From: Mobula birostris | Taxonomy: Eukaryota | Assembly: GCF_030028105.1 (NCBI RefSeq) | Contig: NC_092381.1 | Span: forward strand, 86,000,958 to 86,064,957 | Direction: 5' to 3' | DNA: 64,000 nucleotides | Part shown: positions 37,572 through 50,720 of the stretch, one piece after another | Layout of the letters: each line of letters starts with the position of its first letter | How positions within the stretch are numbered: the first letter of the stretch is position 1 | The notes under the pieces: generated by a model | What the model was told of the DNA's origin: nothing | The model's database searches: none | What the model saw: the letters and a program-made list of their open reading frames with translations, nothing else | Program-made: the position numbers and the translations under genes

Positions 37572-38402
37572 TGTGACGAAAAACCAAGTTATCAGAAGAT
37601 TGATGCTGATGAGAGGGTTAAGAGAGACAAAGGGAGAAGCGTTCAAAATGTTAATGAGAGAAGAGAGAGATTAACAAAAAGAGACACAGTTCTGAATATT
37701 GACAGACCGGTTGCTTTGAACCTGAACTGTTTGAAGTTTGATGGACAGGCAATACCCCAGCAGGGGGATAAAAGGAACAGGTTCGCTAAGGCAAGACAGG
37801 CACCACGAGATCACGAGATAACGAGACCCTGGAAGTGCGGTGTGCCCCCCCACAAGTTGGTGGGAGTTTGGAGGTCTGATCGCGGGACCGCCCATAGACG
37901 CACAGGGTGAAAAGGTACGATCGGCGGGAACCTGGTGTGTGCGTCCACCCTTGCTTGGGTGCCGGGTTCACCGCGGAAGAACGATCGTATCCGGAACGGA
38001 GGGGTCACAGTCGGTGACCTCCGAAGACAGTAAAAGGGCTCGCCCGAAAGCTAACTGCGGGGGACATCAAAGGTCTGTTAAATTGAGATTTGCAGTCGCT
38101 CTCTCTCTCCCTCCAACAGCACAACAGTGATTACTGCGAACTGTACTCAGCTGAACTGAACTTTGCGTCACTTGAGACTGATCATTTTACCCCTAGACTG
38201 CGATAGAGCTTGATTGATCCTATTATCCTAGTTCTGTGTACATGTGTGTTTATCATTGCTAACCTGTTGCATTTATATCCTTACGATTAGAGTACTGTGT
38301 TACTTATTTCTTTAATAAAACTTTCTTAGTTCCAGTAATCCAGACTCCAACTAAGTGGTCCATTTCTGCTGGTTTGGCAACCCAGTTAAGGGGTACGTAA
38401 CA
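37572..38402 (+). mobile_element. Solo LTR (831 bp), inserted into an older repeat
   Basis: TGTGACG...CGTAACA termini, perfect 4-bp TSD GGAT (37568-37571, 38403-38406), internal AATAAA near 38314 and high CpG content. The flanks end in a LINE-like tail near 38760. Confidence 0.85.
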
Positions 38403-39149
38403 GGATGATCTATCGCTCCCTTGATGCTATCAGAGTAAGATTTAATAGAAGCATTTTGTAGATTGGACTGCAACTCACATTGTGTGTTTTTCATGGCTTT
38501 GAATTAGGGCTGTCTCCAGATAATGAACACTGAGCTGAACTGAATATGGACTTGAGAATTGTTTTTGTATTTTGTAGTCTGTGTTTTGACTCATTCTTTT
38601 TGCTGCCTTTCGCACAATTACATTTCTTGTGTGGGGGGGGGGAAGAAGGTGGTTGACATTTTTCTTAGAATGGCTTCAATGGCTTTCTTCGTTTCATGGC
38701 TGTCGGTGGGGAGACAAATCTCAGGGTTGTATACTACATTCACACTTGGATAAATAAATGTACTTTGAATCCTTTAGAAGCCAGTACCCTGTGAAGTAAG
38801 TGCTTATCTACTCAAGGGAGGGTCAGAAATGTCTTCATTTACTGCAATTGAGGTAACAATTTTGAATCCAAGGGTATTTTCCAATCAAAAGCATTAACAG
38901 GATTAGTTGTGGAAAATTTTAAATGGCATAAGAAGGTTGAATGTGAACACCAGACTTAATTGTATGAGACATCTGAATAAACTAATCCAAATCTGAAATG
39001 CATCTGTGCCTGGAGAGAAAGTTATTCAATTAAACTTCTGTCACCCTTTTGTTCCACTCCACAAATTCCTTCACCTCAACAGGGGATAAATCTTCTAAAT
39101 CACATTAACTCAGCATCTTGCAAATAAGTTGGCAATAGACTAACGGTGC

Positions 39150-39440
39150 ATAGTTTGATAGGTTTAGGGGACTGTATGCAATGCTCCAGATGCAGCCCAA
39201 CTGGATTGTTAAAGGGGGAATCAAGAGGAGAATGGTAGTAGGCAGATACATTAGAGATTTTCAAAGAGATGTTTAGACAGGCACATGAACGTAAGGAAAA
39301 TGGAAAAATGTGGACATTGTGTAGTCATAAGGGATTAGTTTAGTTGACCATTTGATTAATTTATTTGGTTCAGCATTACATTATGGGCTGAAGGGCCTGT
39401 CACTGTGTCGTACTATTCCATGTTCTATTGACATTTAAAT
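39150..39440 (+). mobile_element. CR1 LINE 3' fragment
   Basis: Same 3' sequence as 1-385 (GACAGGCACATGAA...GAAGGGCCTGT...CATGTTCTA). Confidence 0.65.
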
Positions 39441-40606
39441 TTTCATTTACACTAGTTTATTTAGCTAGGAGTTTTGATCTTTACAACTGTTGTTAATCTT
39501 CTGTTAAACACGTGATGCAAGTTACCCAAAAAGATTCAAAGGACGAAATAGCTTACATACTCATTTTCACAATTCAAAGATGAATCATTTTCTATTGGGA
39601 AGGCATCTGAAAAGTCACTGGGAGTACAAAGTGCATCTAAAGTGCAAGTTGTACTTTTCTAGTACAACTGTACAAAGGTAACTGTTCCAGATAGATGCTG
39701 AAGAGACAAGGACAGGATTAAAGTGGCGTTGGATACAGAGGTGACCTTCTTGATTGTTTATATAAAAAAATAAACAATGCTCTGAAGAGTTAGGAGCTCC
39801 ACACAAGTTGCCAAAAACAAAAGGTAAAAAAAAATGGACAGAGAAACAAAGTAGTGTTCAAGGAGTCCAAGCAGTTTCCACCACATTCACCAACTCTGGT
39901 CCCTGGTGAAGCCTTGTTGCAGCCCTGTGACACATAGTATTGATGCAGTTTGGCTCAATTGTATGGAAAAGAGATAGTGAATGATTGAAAAGAATAGTAT
40001 TCAAATCGTGAATTAATGAATATTAAAGTGCCAAATATTTGTCTGGTCACAATTTGATTTCTAAAATATGCCATCCTTCTGCAGGGTATTTTGCAGCAAC
40101 AGGGCTACCTCAAAAAAAATCTTGAGCGCAGATACACTGCCTTCTGAAGTAGATGAAGGAATGGTGTAATCATAAACTAGATGCAGCACAATACCTGCCA
40201 GTTTTTGTACTGTACCTCCATACGAGAGTAATCCTAACCTAATGCTGGTGTGAATGCGACAATGCTGGAATATCCCTACCATATTCCAGTCACAATCTAA
40301 AAATTAACTATTGAGGTTCCATTTTCAAAGTACATGAAGACCTCCAGAAGGGATGGAAAAGAGTACATATTTCTTCACAAAATTTTACAAAGCCCAACTT
40401 AAGCACCCAGAAAAATGTGGTTGTTTGAAGATCTAACTGTTCTATACAGTTATTTCTAAGCAGCTGCGTAAAAAGGAAACTAAGTTGACTGAAAATCGGA
40501 AGAAACTTGGCCAAAGCTCATTAGGTATTATTTTGATGCCAACAATCCCATATTAGTACAGAGGCATCTGGAGACCAGGGTTTAATTGACAGGCAATTCA
40601 AGGACA

Positions 40607-40660
40607 TAGTTGCACATCAGGTAGTTGCACATCAGGTAGTTGCACATAGTTGCACATCAG
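40607..40660. repeat. 15-bp tandem repeat (TAGTTGCACATCAGG), about 3.6 units
   Basis: Read directly; the third unit is truncated. Confidence 0.85.
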
Positions 40661-43600
40661 CCAGTGCAAGGTACCGCTGTGGCCGTTCCCCTCTATAACA
40701 AGTACATTGTTTCAGATACTGTTGGTGGATGGTGGGGGAGGGGCAATCTAGCAGAGGAAAGTTACAGCAGTCTGGCAAGTCTGACTCTGTGATTCATAAA
40801 AGGAGGTAGAAGAAGTGAGCAATAGTGACAGGGATTCATTGTTTAAGGGAACAGACAGGAGTCTCTGCAGACAAGAACGAGATTTCCAGATTGTATGTTG
40901 CTTCCTAGATGGCAGAGTCAGGGACATCTCTGATCAAATCCATAGCATTCTTCTTGAACAGGTTGAGAAACCAGAGGTTGTGGTCTATACCAATACTAAC
41001 GACACAAGCAGAAAAAATGAGGACGTCCTGCAGAGAGTGTTCAGGGAGTTAGATGCTAAATTCACAGACAGGACGTCCAGGGTGTTAATCTCAGGATTAC
41101 TATCCATGCCACATGCTAGTGAGACTAGAAATAGGAAGGCAATACAGGTCAACACATGGCCAAGGAAGTGGTGCAGGAGGGAGAGCTTCAGATCTTTTGA
41201 AGATTGAGCTTTCTTCCAGAGTTTATGGGATCTGTACAAACAGAATTTGCACCAGAATCTGGAAGGGACCAACATCTTTGTGGGAAAGTTTGCTGGTGCT
41301 GCAGGAAGATGGGAACCAGAGTGCCGGGGCACCTAGTGGGGTAGTTGTTGATTGAGAAGATGTTAAGCCTGCCTACAAAGACAGGAACTGAAAAACTGAG
41401 CACATTGAAATGAGGGTTCTGAGTTGTATCTATTTCAAAGCAAGGGGTATCGTGAGTAAGATAGACAAGTTTAGAGCATGGATCAGCACATGGAATTATG
41501 ACATTGTAGCCATTAGTGAGATTCGAATGCAGGAGGGGCAGGACTGGTAACTCAGTACTCTGGGATTCCACTGTTTTAGATGTGTTAGAATGGAAGGGAT
41601 TAAATGGGGAGGTGTGGCATTATCAGTCAGAGAAAATATCAAGGTGGTGCCCACACAGTACAGACTGGAGAGCTCACCGATGAGGATATTTGAGTGGAAC
41701 TGAGGGATGACCATATAGACAATAGGTGCAGAAGTAGACCATTCGGCCCTTCGAGCCTGCACCGCCATTCTGAGATCATGGCTAATTATCTACTATCAAT
41801 ACCCGGTTCCTGCCCTATCCCTATAACCCTTGATTCCCCTATCCATAAGATACCTATCTAGCTCCTTCTTGAAAGCATCCAGAGAATTGGCCTCCACTGC
41901 CTTCTGAGGCAGCGCGTTCCACACCTCCACAACTCTCTGGGAGAAGTTGTTCCTCCTCAACTCTGTCCTAAATGACCTACCCCTTATTCTTAAACCATGC
42001 CCTCTGGTACTGGACTCTCCCAGCATCTGGAACATATTTCCTGCCTCTGTCTTGTCCAATCCCTTAATAATCTTATATGTCTCAATCAGATCCCCCCCTC
42101 AATTTCCTTAATTCCAGCACGTACAAGCCCAGTCTCTCTAACCTCTCTGCGTAAAACAGTCCGGACATCCCAGGAATTAACCTAGTGAACCTATGCTGCA
42201 CCTCCTCCACAGCCAGGATGTCCTTCCTTGACCCTGGAGACCAAAACTGCACACAATACTCCAGGTGTGGTCTCACCAGGGCCCTGTACAAATGCAAAAG
42301 GATTTCCTTGCTCTTGTACTCCATTCCCTTTGTAATAAAGGCCAACATTCCATTAGCCTTCTTCACTGCCTGCTGCACTTGCTCATTCACCTTCAGAGAC
42401 TGATGAACAAGTACTCCTAGATCTCTTTGTATTTCTCCCTTACCTAACTCCACACCATTCAGATAATAATCTGCCTTCCTGTTCTTGCTCCCAAAGTGAA
42501 TAACCTCACACTTATTCACATTAAGCGCCATCTGCCAAGTTTCTGCCCACTCACCCAGCCTATCCAAGTCACCTTGAAGTCTCCCAACATGCCACACTGC
42601 CACCCAGCTTAGTATCATCAGCAAACTTGCTGATGTTATTCACAATGCCTTCCTCTAAATCATTGACGTAAATCGTAAACAGCTGTGGTCCCAATACCGA
42701 GCCCTGTGGCACACCACTAGTCACCACCTGCCATTCTCAGAAACACCCATTCACTGCTACCCTTTGCTTTCTATCTGCCAACCAGTTTTCTATCCATGTC
42801 AATATCCTCCCCCCAATGCCATGAGCTCTGATTTTACCCACCAATCTCCTATGTGGTACCTTATCAAATGCCTTCTGAAAGTCAAGGTACACCACATCCA
42901 CTGGATCTCCTGCGTCTATCTTCTTGGTTACATCCTTGAAAAACTCCAATAGATTAGTCAAGCATGATTTTCCTTTGATAAATCCATGCTGGCTCGGCCC
43001 AATCCTATCACTGCTATCAAGATATGCCGCTATTTCATCTTTAATAATGGACTCTAGCATCTTCCCCACTACTGATGTTAGGCTAACAGGGCGATAGTTC
43101 CCTGTTTTCTCCCTCCCTTCTTTCTTAAAAAGTGGGATAACATTAGCCATTCGCCAATCCTCAGGAACTGATCCTGAATATAAGGAACATTGGAAAATGA
43201 TCACCAATGCATCCGCAATTTCCAGAGCCACCTCCTTTAGTACCCTAGGATGCAGACCATCTGGACCTGGGGATTTGTTAGCCTTCAGTCCCATCAGTCT
43301 ACTCATCACCATTTCCTTCCTAATGTCAATTTGTTTCAGTTCCTCTGTTACCCTATGTCCTTGGCCCATCCATACATCTGGGAGATTGCTTGTGTCTTCC
43401 CTAGTGAAGACAGATCCAAAGTACTTATTAAATTCGTCTGCCATTTCTCTGTTTTCCATAACAATTTCTCCCAATTCATTCTTCAAGGGCCCAACATTGT
43501 TCTTAACTATCTTCCTTCTCTTCACATACCTAGAAAAACTTTTGCTATCCTCCTTTATATTCCTAGCTAGCTTGCGTTCATACCTCATTTTTTCTCCCCA

Positions 43601-43870
43601 TATAGCCTTTTTAGTTAAGTTCTGTTGCTCCTTAAAAATTTCCCAATCATCCGTCTTCCCACTCACCTTAGCTCTGTTATACTTCTTTTTTAATGCTATT
43701 AGTAGGATTAATAGGATTACAGTATATTATAGACCACCCAGTGGCAATTAAAGAAGCAAATTTGTAAAGCAATAGCAGACAGCTGCGAGAAGAATAAAGT
43801 TGTGATAGTAGGTGATTTTTAACTTTCCAGAAATTGACTGGGACTCCGATGCTGGAGGATTGGAAAGGAC
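40660..43870 (+). mobile_element. Older CR1 LINE (esterase-type ORF1 plus endonuclease start), split by a younger CR1
   Basis: ORF 40815-41207 has DSLFKGTDR...VVVYTNTND (SGNH esterase-like ORF1). The endonuclease begins at about 41400-41710 and resumes at about 43700 (YYRPPSG...VIVGDFNF). Confidence 0.75.
41711..43690 (-). mobile_element. Relatively young 5'-truncated CR1 LINE (ORF2 RT)
   Basis: Long open frames 42737-43666 and 42082-42624: KSPGPDGLHPRVLKE, NYRPVSLTSVVGKMLE, FQKAFDKVPH, HLEYCVQFWSP. The 3' tail is at about 41711. Confidence 0.92.
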
Positions 43871-43879
43871 TCCAAAGCA

Positions 43880-46200
43880 AACAGTATAACACTACTGACA
43901 CTTCATGCATGAAGAGACTTGGGTGGAAGCAAGGAGCTCAGTAGTCTCATGGTCTGGGGAAAGAAGCCGTTTTCCCATCCTAACAGCACTTGTCCTAATG
44001 CTACAGTACCGCGTGCCTACTGGTGGGGAGATCAAAGACATTGTTAGACAGGTGGGACAGATCATTGACTATGCTGAAGGCCCTAGGTGTACAGCACTCC
44101 AGATAAATATTACTAATGGCTGGAAAAGAGACCCTGATGATCCTCAGCAGCCTTCACAATCCTTTGTAAGGACTTGTGGTCAGATGTTTTGTAATTTCTA
44201 TTCCAGGTGAGCAGACAATGATGCAGCTGGTCAGGACACTCAATGGTGTTCCTGTAAAAATTAGTTAAGTTTGGGGTGTTGGCGGGGGGGGGGGGGGGGT
44301 AAAGCCTCACTCACCTCAATCTCCTCAGGAAGTGGAGACGCTGCTGTGCTTTATTGACCAAGGAGGTGGTTTGAGGGATCAGGTGAGATTGCCCATTATG
44401 TGCACTCCCAGCTTGCTGATCCACCTCTTTTTGCTCCCCTCTCTTTGGGCTTGTTCACCTTGAGACTCAAATTGCTTTGTTTGCACTATTCTACCAACTG
44501 CTCTACGCCCTCTCTGTCTGCCATCTTGTCTTTGCTGATGACCACAAGACATAGGAGCAGAATTAGAGCTGCTCAACCCCATTGTCTTGCCTTCTTCCTG
44601 TAACATGTGACACCCCGGCTAATAAAGATCCGATGAACCTCCACTTTAACTATTCTCAGTGACTTGGCCTCCACTATCTGTGGCAATGAATTCCACAGAT
44701 TCACCACCTTCTAGCAAAGAAAAGACAACTCTTCCTCATCTGATTTAAATGGAGGTCCCTCTAACTTGTGGCCATGTCCTTTGGTCCCAGACTCACCCTT
44801 GAGACCAACCACTGTTATGTCATCAGCAAAAGATGATTCAGGTTGAACTGGATCTAGCAGAGCAGTCATACTTCAGCAACATAAAGACCAGCGGGCTGAG
44901 CACACAGCCCTGGGGGTGCTAGTGCTCAGTGTGATGGGACTAGAGATGCTTCTGTCAACACGGACTGACTGTGGCCCATCAAGAAGTCTAGAATCCAGTT
45001 AACGAGAGAGGTGTTAAGACCTAACAAGGATGGTTTACCCACAGCTTCTGAGGAATGATCGTATTAAATGCCAAGCTGAAGTCAATGAACAGTATCCTGG
45101 TATATGAGGTGCAGTTTTCCCAAGATGGACATTCCAAGTTTTCCCCAAGAGTGATAAGCAAACTGGAAAGGGTCCAATGCAGCAGGAAGATGGGATTTAA
45201 TGAGATCCATAACCGGCCACTCGAAGTATTTTATATTTGAGATCAGTGCCCCTGGATAGTAGTCATTGAGGCAGGTTACTGTCACCTCAGGCGCTGGGAT
45301 GATGGTGGCTGCCTTCAAGTCTGAAAGGACAGTGGACTGTTCCAAGGGCAGATAGAAGATGTCTGTTGGATCCTCAGTTAACTGGGTTGCACAATCGGTC
45401 AACACCTAACCAGGTACATTATCAGGCACTTCTGTGTAGCCACAGATCTCATCTAATCAATGGTAATGTGATGGTTGTAGATAGCCACTTCCTGAACATG
45501 CTCCAGTACACGTTTTCAAAACAGTTCTGTAATGCTGCGGTTGCTCTTTCTGTCCAAATCCCTCTCTCTTTGAATTGGTTTGATCATTGGTTGGTATGCA
45601 GGAACCTCCAAGAGGATCACAACCTTGTTGTAGTTTGGAGGCCTGCATACTTCAAAGGACCCAGAGAGCCATGGTAGCTGGAGTCAGGGCTTTAGCTCTT
45701 CATGGGGTCACCCATGCCCAACAGGTCAAAGGGTAGAGGCAAGGCCACGAGTGGGCCACCAATCCTCCAGATCCGGGGCTCAGCTCAGGGCCAAAAACCC
45801 TGACCAGTAAAACAAAACTTATGGAAACAGCAATGAAGAATCCTTTTACATCTGAGTGCAATGATATTCCTGAGTCTTCACCTGGGACTTGCATGGCCGA
45901 CAGTAGTGAAAACAGAGGAAGCTACTGACATGACGAAGGAACCCATAAACACTGCCAGAGATGGAGGACCTTCACTGCTGCCCTAAATGCCAGTGGCGTG
46001 ATGGGTAGGAAGTAAGGTATTCAGGAAGAGGTAACTGGTCAGAGAATCCAACATGGGGATGGGGAGCAGCTTTGTATGCTCAGGGATGTTGGCATAAACT
46101 AGGTCGAATGTGTTCTCACCTCTGGTAGCAAAGTCAATATGCTGATGAACTGCAATCTGCATGGTCACCTTATCTATGCATTGAGCCAAAAGAGATGGGG
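43880..46200 (-). mobile_element. Patchwork of Rex1/Babar-like fragments, a CR1 3' end (~44560-44780) and a plus-strand probable RTE-type 5' piece (~45600-45960)
   Basis: Minus-strand remnants AATIIPAP...LNDYYP.AL, DPFQFAY, TRGENTFDLVYANIP and FYRNTIE. The ~45600 piece recurs at about 24500-24650. The RTE assignment is weak. Confidence 0.6.
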
Positions 46201-46710
46201 GAGATCTTAAATGGTTTTTTTTTACATCTATGTTTACTCAGGAGATGAATACAAGTCGACATAAGTGAGGCAAAACAACAATGCGGTCATGGATGATAAA
46301 CTGATTACAGAAGGGGAGGTGCTTATAATCTTGAGGCAAATTAGGGTGGATAAGTCCTCAGGTCTGACAATGGTGTCCCCTCAAACCTTGTGGAAGGCTA
46401 GTTTAGAAATTACAGGGGCCATGTCAGAGGTATTTGATATGTCTTTAGTACTGGGTGAGGTGCTGGAGGACAGCTAATATCATTCCATTGTTCAAGAACT
46501 GCTCCAGGAATAAAACAGGAAATTATTGGCTGGTGAATCTGAGGTCAGTACTGGGCAAATTGGAATGTATTTAAAAACAAGTATTTGGATAGACAGGGCC
46601 TGATTGGGGATAGTGAACATGGCTGCGTGTGGTAGCTCATATCCAACTAATCTTATGGAGTTTGTAAAAGGACGTTAACAGGAAAGAAGGTTAACAGGAA
46701 GGTGGTGAAT

Positions 46711-46747
<37 letters not shown>

Positions 46748-47780
46748 AGATCTTTGCAAGGTTGTCAACAAAGTCCTGCATGGAACCATGGTCAGGAGGG
46801 TTCAGTCACTTGGCATTGAAGATGCTCTAGCAGGAGAAGCCAGAGAGTGGTAATAGATGGTTGCCCCTCTGATGGGAAGCTTGTGACTACTGGTGTGCAA
46901 TGGTTGCTGCTGGGCTGGTTGTTGTCTGTCATCACCAGTACATTACCACATTAACATCCAAAGTGTTAAAGTGGATCAGAAAATTTGCAGATGACACTAA
47001 GCCTGGGAGTGTAGTGGATAGTGAGGAAGCTTGGAGCATAATCTGCTCCAGCTGGAAAAATGGGTTGAAAATATGGCAGGTGGAAACTAATACAGACAAG
47101 TGTGTGGTGTTGCACTTTTGGAAGTCAAACCAGGGTAGGACTTGTACCATAAACAGGGCACTGTAGAGTGTGGTAGAACAGAGGGATCAGGGAATACAGA
47201 TCTACAATTCCTTGAAACTGTTGCCACCGATAGATAGGGCTGTAAAGAGAGCTTTTAACACATTGGCCATTGGTGAGGCTTATTTAGAGTATTGTGAGCC
47301 GTTCTGGTCATCTACCTGCAGGAATGATATGAACAAAACTGAAAAAGTTTACAAGGATGTTGCTAGAACTTCAGGATCTGAGTTATAGGGAAAGATTAAA
47401 AAGGTTAGGACTTTATTCCCTGAAGCATAGGAGAATGAAGGGAGATTGTGAAGAGTGTAGATAGGGTTATACAAGCAGGGTTTCTCCACTGAGATTGGGT
47501 GAAACTAGAACTAGAGCTCATAAGTCAAGGGCGAAAGCTAAAATATTTGAGGGGAAACTTCTTCGCTGAGAGAGTTGTGAGAACAGGGAATAAGCTGCCA
47601 GAGGAAGTGATGGATGTGGGTTTGATTTCAACATTTAAGAGAATTTTGGATAAGTACATGGATGAGAGGATAATGGAAGGCTATGATCCAGGTGTGTGTC
47701 AATGGAACTTGGCAGAATAACAGTTCGGCATGGACTAGATGGGCTGAAAGGCCTGAGTGCTGTAGAGGTTTTTGACTCTA
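46200..47780 (+). mobile_element. Decayed CR1 LINE ORF2 3' half (with T30 run at 46713-46742)
   Basis: IRKFADDTKPG, YLEYCEPFWS and GNFFAERVVR motifs, plus a 3' UTR near 47720-47780. Confidence 0.8.
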
Positions 47781-49169
47781 GATTGATTACATTGCATCAG
47801 TTTCAGTTCAGAACAGAATTTCTCATCTGTTACTGAAGTTTATTCGGTAAAGAATACCCACCACCTGCTAGTGATATTTTGGCATAAACAAGCTCCTTTC
47901 AAATAAACCACCAAGTACATAGAATATGAACATGGAAGTTGCATATTTCATTGTAGAACCATAGTTGGACTATTTTGATTTTATTCTCATCAAGGGGAAA
48001 TAGATTTAAGAAATATGATTCTTTGTTATCATCTCCTTCTGAAGTCAGGTGGCAGTAAAATGGTTTCATACAGGGCAGATGGTGGACGTAGCACAGTTGT
48101 TTTTACTTTACATTTGCTTACACAAAGGATTCAAAAGAGAACTAAAGATATGCATCAAGCTCTAGGTTAGAAGACAAAAAAGGGAAGGAGAAGCTGCTGA
48201 GTGAGAATCTCCATAACTGACAAAAAAGTGTGAATAGCACTTGTAGAGGGATGAGATTCAGCAAGCTTGAGGGAGAAGGAACCCAGACTACATTTCTGCT
48301 TTTAAGGAAGAGAAAGATTTCTACTGTAGAGTCCCAGTGTTGACTTGGGCAAGGGAAGAGTGTCAAGTAATACAAAGATTTGTAGTGAGAATTGAAGACC
48401 CAAATATTAAACATTGGTGATCATGAAGAGGGCAAACAGTAGACATACTGGGAAATAAGTTATTGGCACTGAATGATGTATAGGTTACTGAATAATATCT
48501 AATGTATCTGTTCAATGTCAAGTTGGAACAGAATGTTTCTTCTATAATAGAGTAAATTATTGGATAATCTTAAAACTGACTCAAAAGGAGACTTGTTTGT
48601 GCAAGTGTGCTGGAAATGGTTGATCACAATGAAATGTGCCCATCCGAATCAGGCTCCACAATCAGCAAGTCATTCATCTTAAATCAACAGTTCTCCAAAG
48701 TACTACTAAAATGATTTAGAGATTGGGCTTTTATGACAAAAATATAGAACACTATACAGAATTTGAAACTCCATTTATAAAAATGTTGATTAGCACATGG
48801 CGAGGCAACTCAGTCAAATATAGCAAGCGTCAATAAAACAGTCATTTAGGCAATCATTCTAAACTAGGCATTTGAGTCAAACTCAAATCAAGTTAAGTTT
48901 ATTGTCATTTAACTATATACATATATCCTGTCAAATGAGACAATGTTTCTCCAAACCATGCTATAAAGCACTGTAATATACAACATCCAATGACTTATGA
49001 AAGCAAGGATGAAATCTACAGATGGATTACACAAAATACATAAATTAAATATTGTAAGGTGCAGAACAGATTAGCCAGTGACACTTTGAATATGATGCAG
49101 CATTAAACATTCAAACTGCAAGGTCCTAAGATCATTTTTCCAGGACAAAGACAATAATAGAATAGTTGA

Positions 49170-50720
49170 CAAACCTGACCAATTTCCCTCCACCACCACC
49201 ACTCTCCATGTGGCAAAACTGGTCTTCACACACAACAATTTCTCTTTTGGCTCCTCCCACTTTCTCCATGGGCACCTGCATGGGCTCCAGCTATCCCTGC
49301 CTATTATATGGTTGTATTAAACAGTCCATGTTCCAAACCTTCACTGGTAATGCTCCCCAACTCTTACTGCACTATATTAACAACTGTATTGGCACTGCTT
49401 TATTCACCAATGAACTTGTCAAATTCATCAACTTTGCATCCAGCTTCCACCCTGCCATCAAAATCACTTGGTCCATTTCTGACACCTCTTCTTTTTCTTA
49501 ATCTGTTACCATCACTGGCTTCTGATATCTTTTTATCAGTATCAGCCATCATCTTAGCTACACTTCTTCACACACTATCACTCATAAAAATACCATTCTC
49601 TTTTCCTAGTTCCTTTATCTCTGCCACATCTGTTCCCAGGATGAGGCTTTTCTTTGCAGAACAGAGATTTTCTCCTCCTTCAAAGAACAGGATTTCTCTT
49701 CCCTCTTCATTGATATTGCACTCACTTGCATCTCCCTCATTTCCTGGACATTGTCCTCATCCCATCTTCCTGTTGCCTTTACAGGGATAGAGTTCTTCTT
49801 GTCCTTACCTAACACTCCATGAGCATTCAAATCCAGCACATTATTCTCCTCAATGTCCGCCATCACCAATGGGATCCTACCACCGAACACATCTTTACTT
49901 TCTCTCCACAAGGATAGATCTTCTCCACTTGTACCTCCTCACTGATCTCCCTCCTGGCACTTGACCCTGTAAGTAGAAGTGCCACACCTGCCCATTCAGC
50001 TCCAGCATCCCCCACCATTCAGGACACCAAACAGCCCTTCCAGGTGTTGCAGCACTTCATTTGCAAATTGTTAGGATCATCTACCGTACGTACTGTTCCC
50101 AGTGCAGTGGCCTCAACGTCAGCAAGACCTGATATAGATTAGGGGACCGCTTTGTTGAGCACCTTTGCTCCATCCACAACAAGCAAGATCTCCTGGCTGC
50201 CAACTATTTTAAGTTGAATCTCCAGTCCCATATGTTGGTTCATTGTTCCTCTATTCAGTCTGGAGGAGCAGCACTTCACCTGGATAGTCTCCAATCTGAT
50301 GGTTGGAACACGAACTTCTGATAATTTCTCCCTGCTTCCCTTTCTCTTTTCTCCCATGCGTCATTCTGGCTTCCCCCTTACCTCCTCTTCTCTTCACCCA
50401 CCTATCGCATCCCTCTGCATCCTACCTTCTTCCCATTGCCTGATGTCCTCCATCAGATTCCTCCTTTTCCAGCTCTTTACCATTTCCACTGACTTCCCAA
50501 CTTCTCACTTCAGCCTCTTCCCCACCCACTTACCTCCCCCCTCCCCCTCACATGACCTCACCTATCACTTTCAAGCCTTGCACTCCTTCCTCTCCCTACC
50601 TTCTTATTCTGACTTCTCCCCTCTTTCTTTCCAGTCGTGAAGGGTCTTGGCCCAAAACAACTGTTTATTCCTTTCTATAGATGCTGCCTGATGAGCTCAG
50701 TTCCTCCAGCATTTTCTATG
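49170..50720 (+). mobile_element. Decayed Penelope-like element 3' half
   Basis: MGTCMGSSYPCL and ELVKFINFASSFHP (RT), LGDRFVEHL (GIY-YIG), and a degenerate hammerhead or tail at about 50630-50720. Confidence 0.75.

Noticed and set aside
40607-40660. CRISPR-like or functional array
   Set aside because: A head-to-tail 15-mer with no spacers, in a eukaryotic context.
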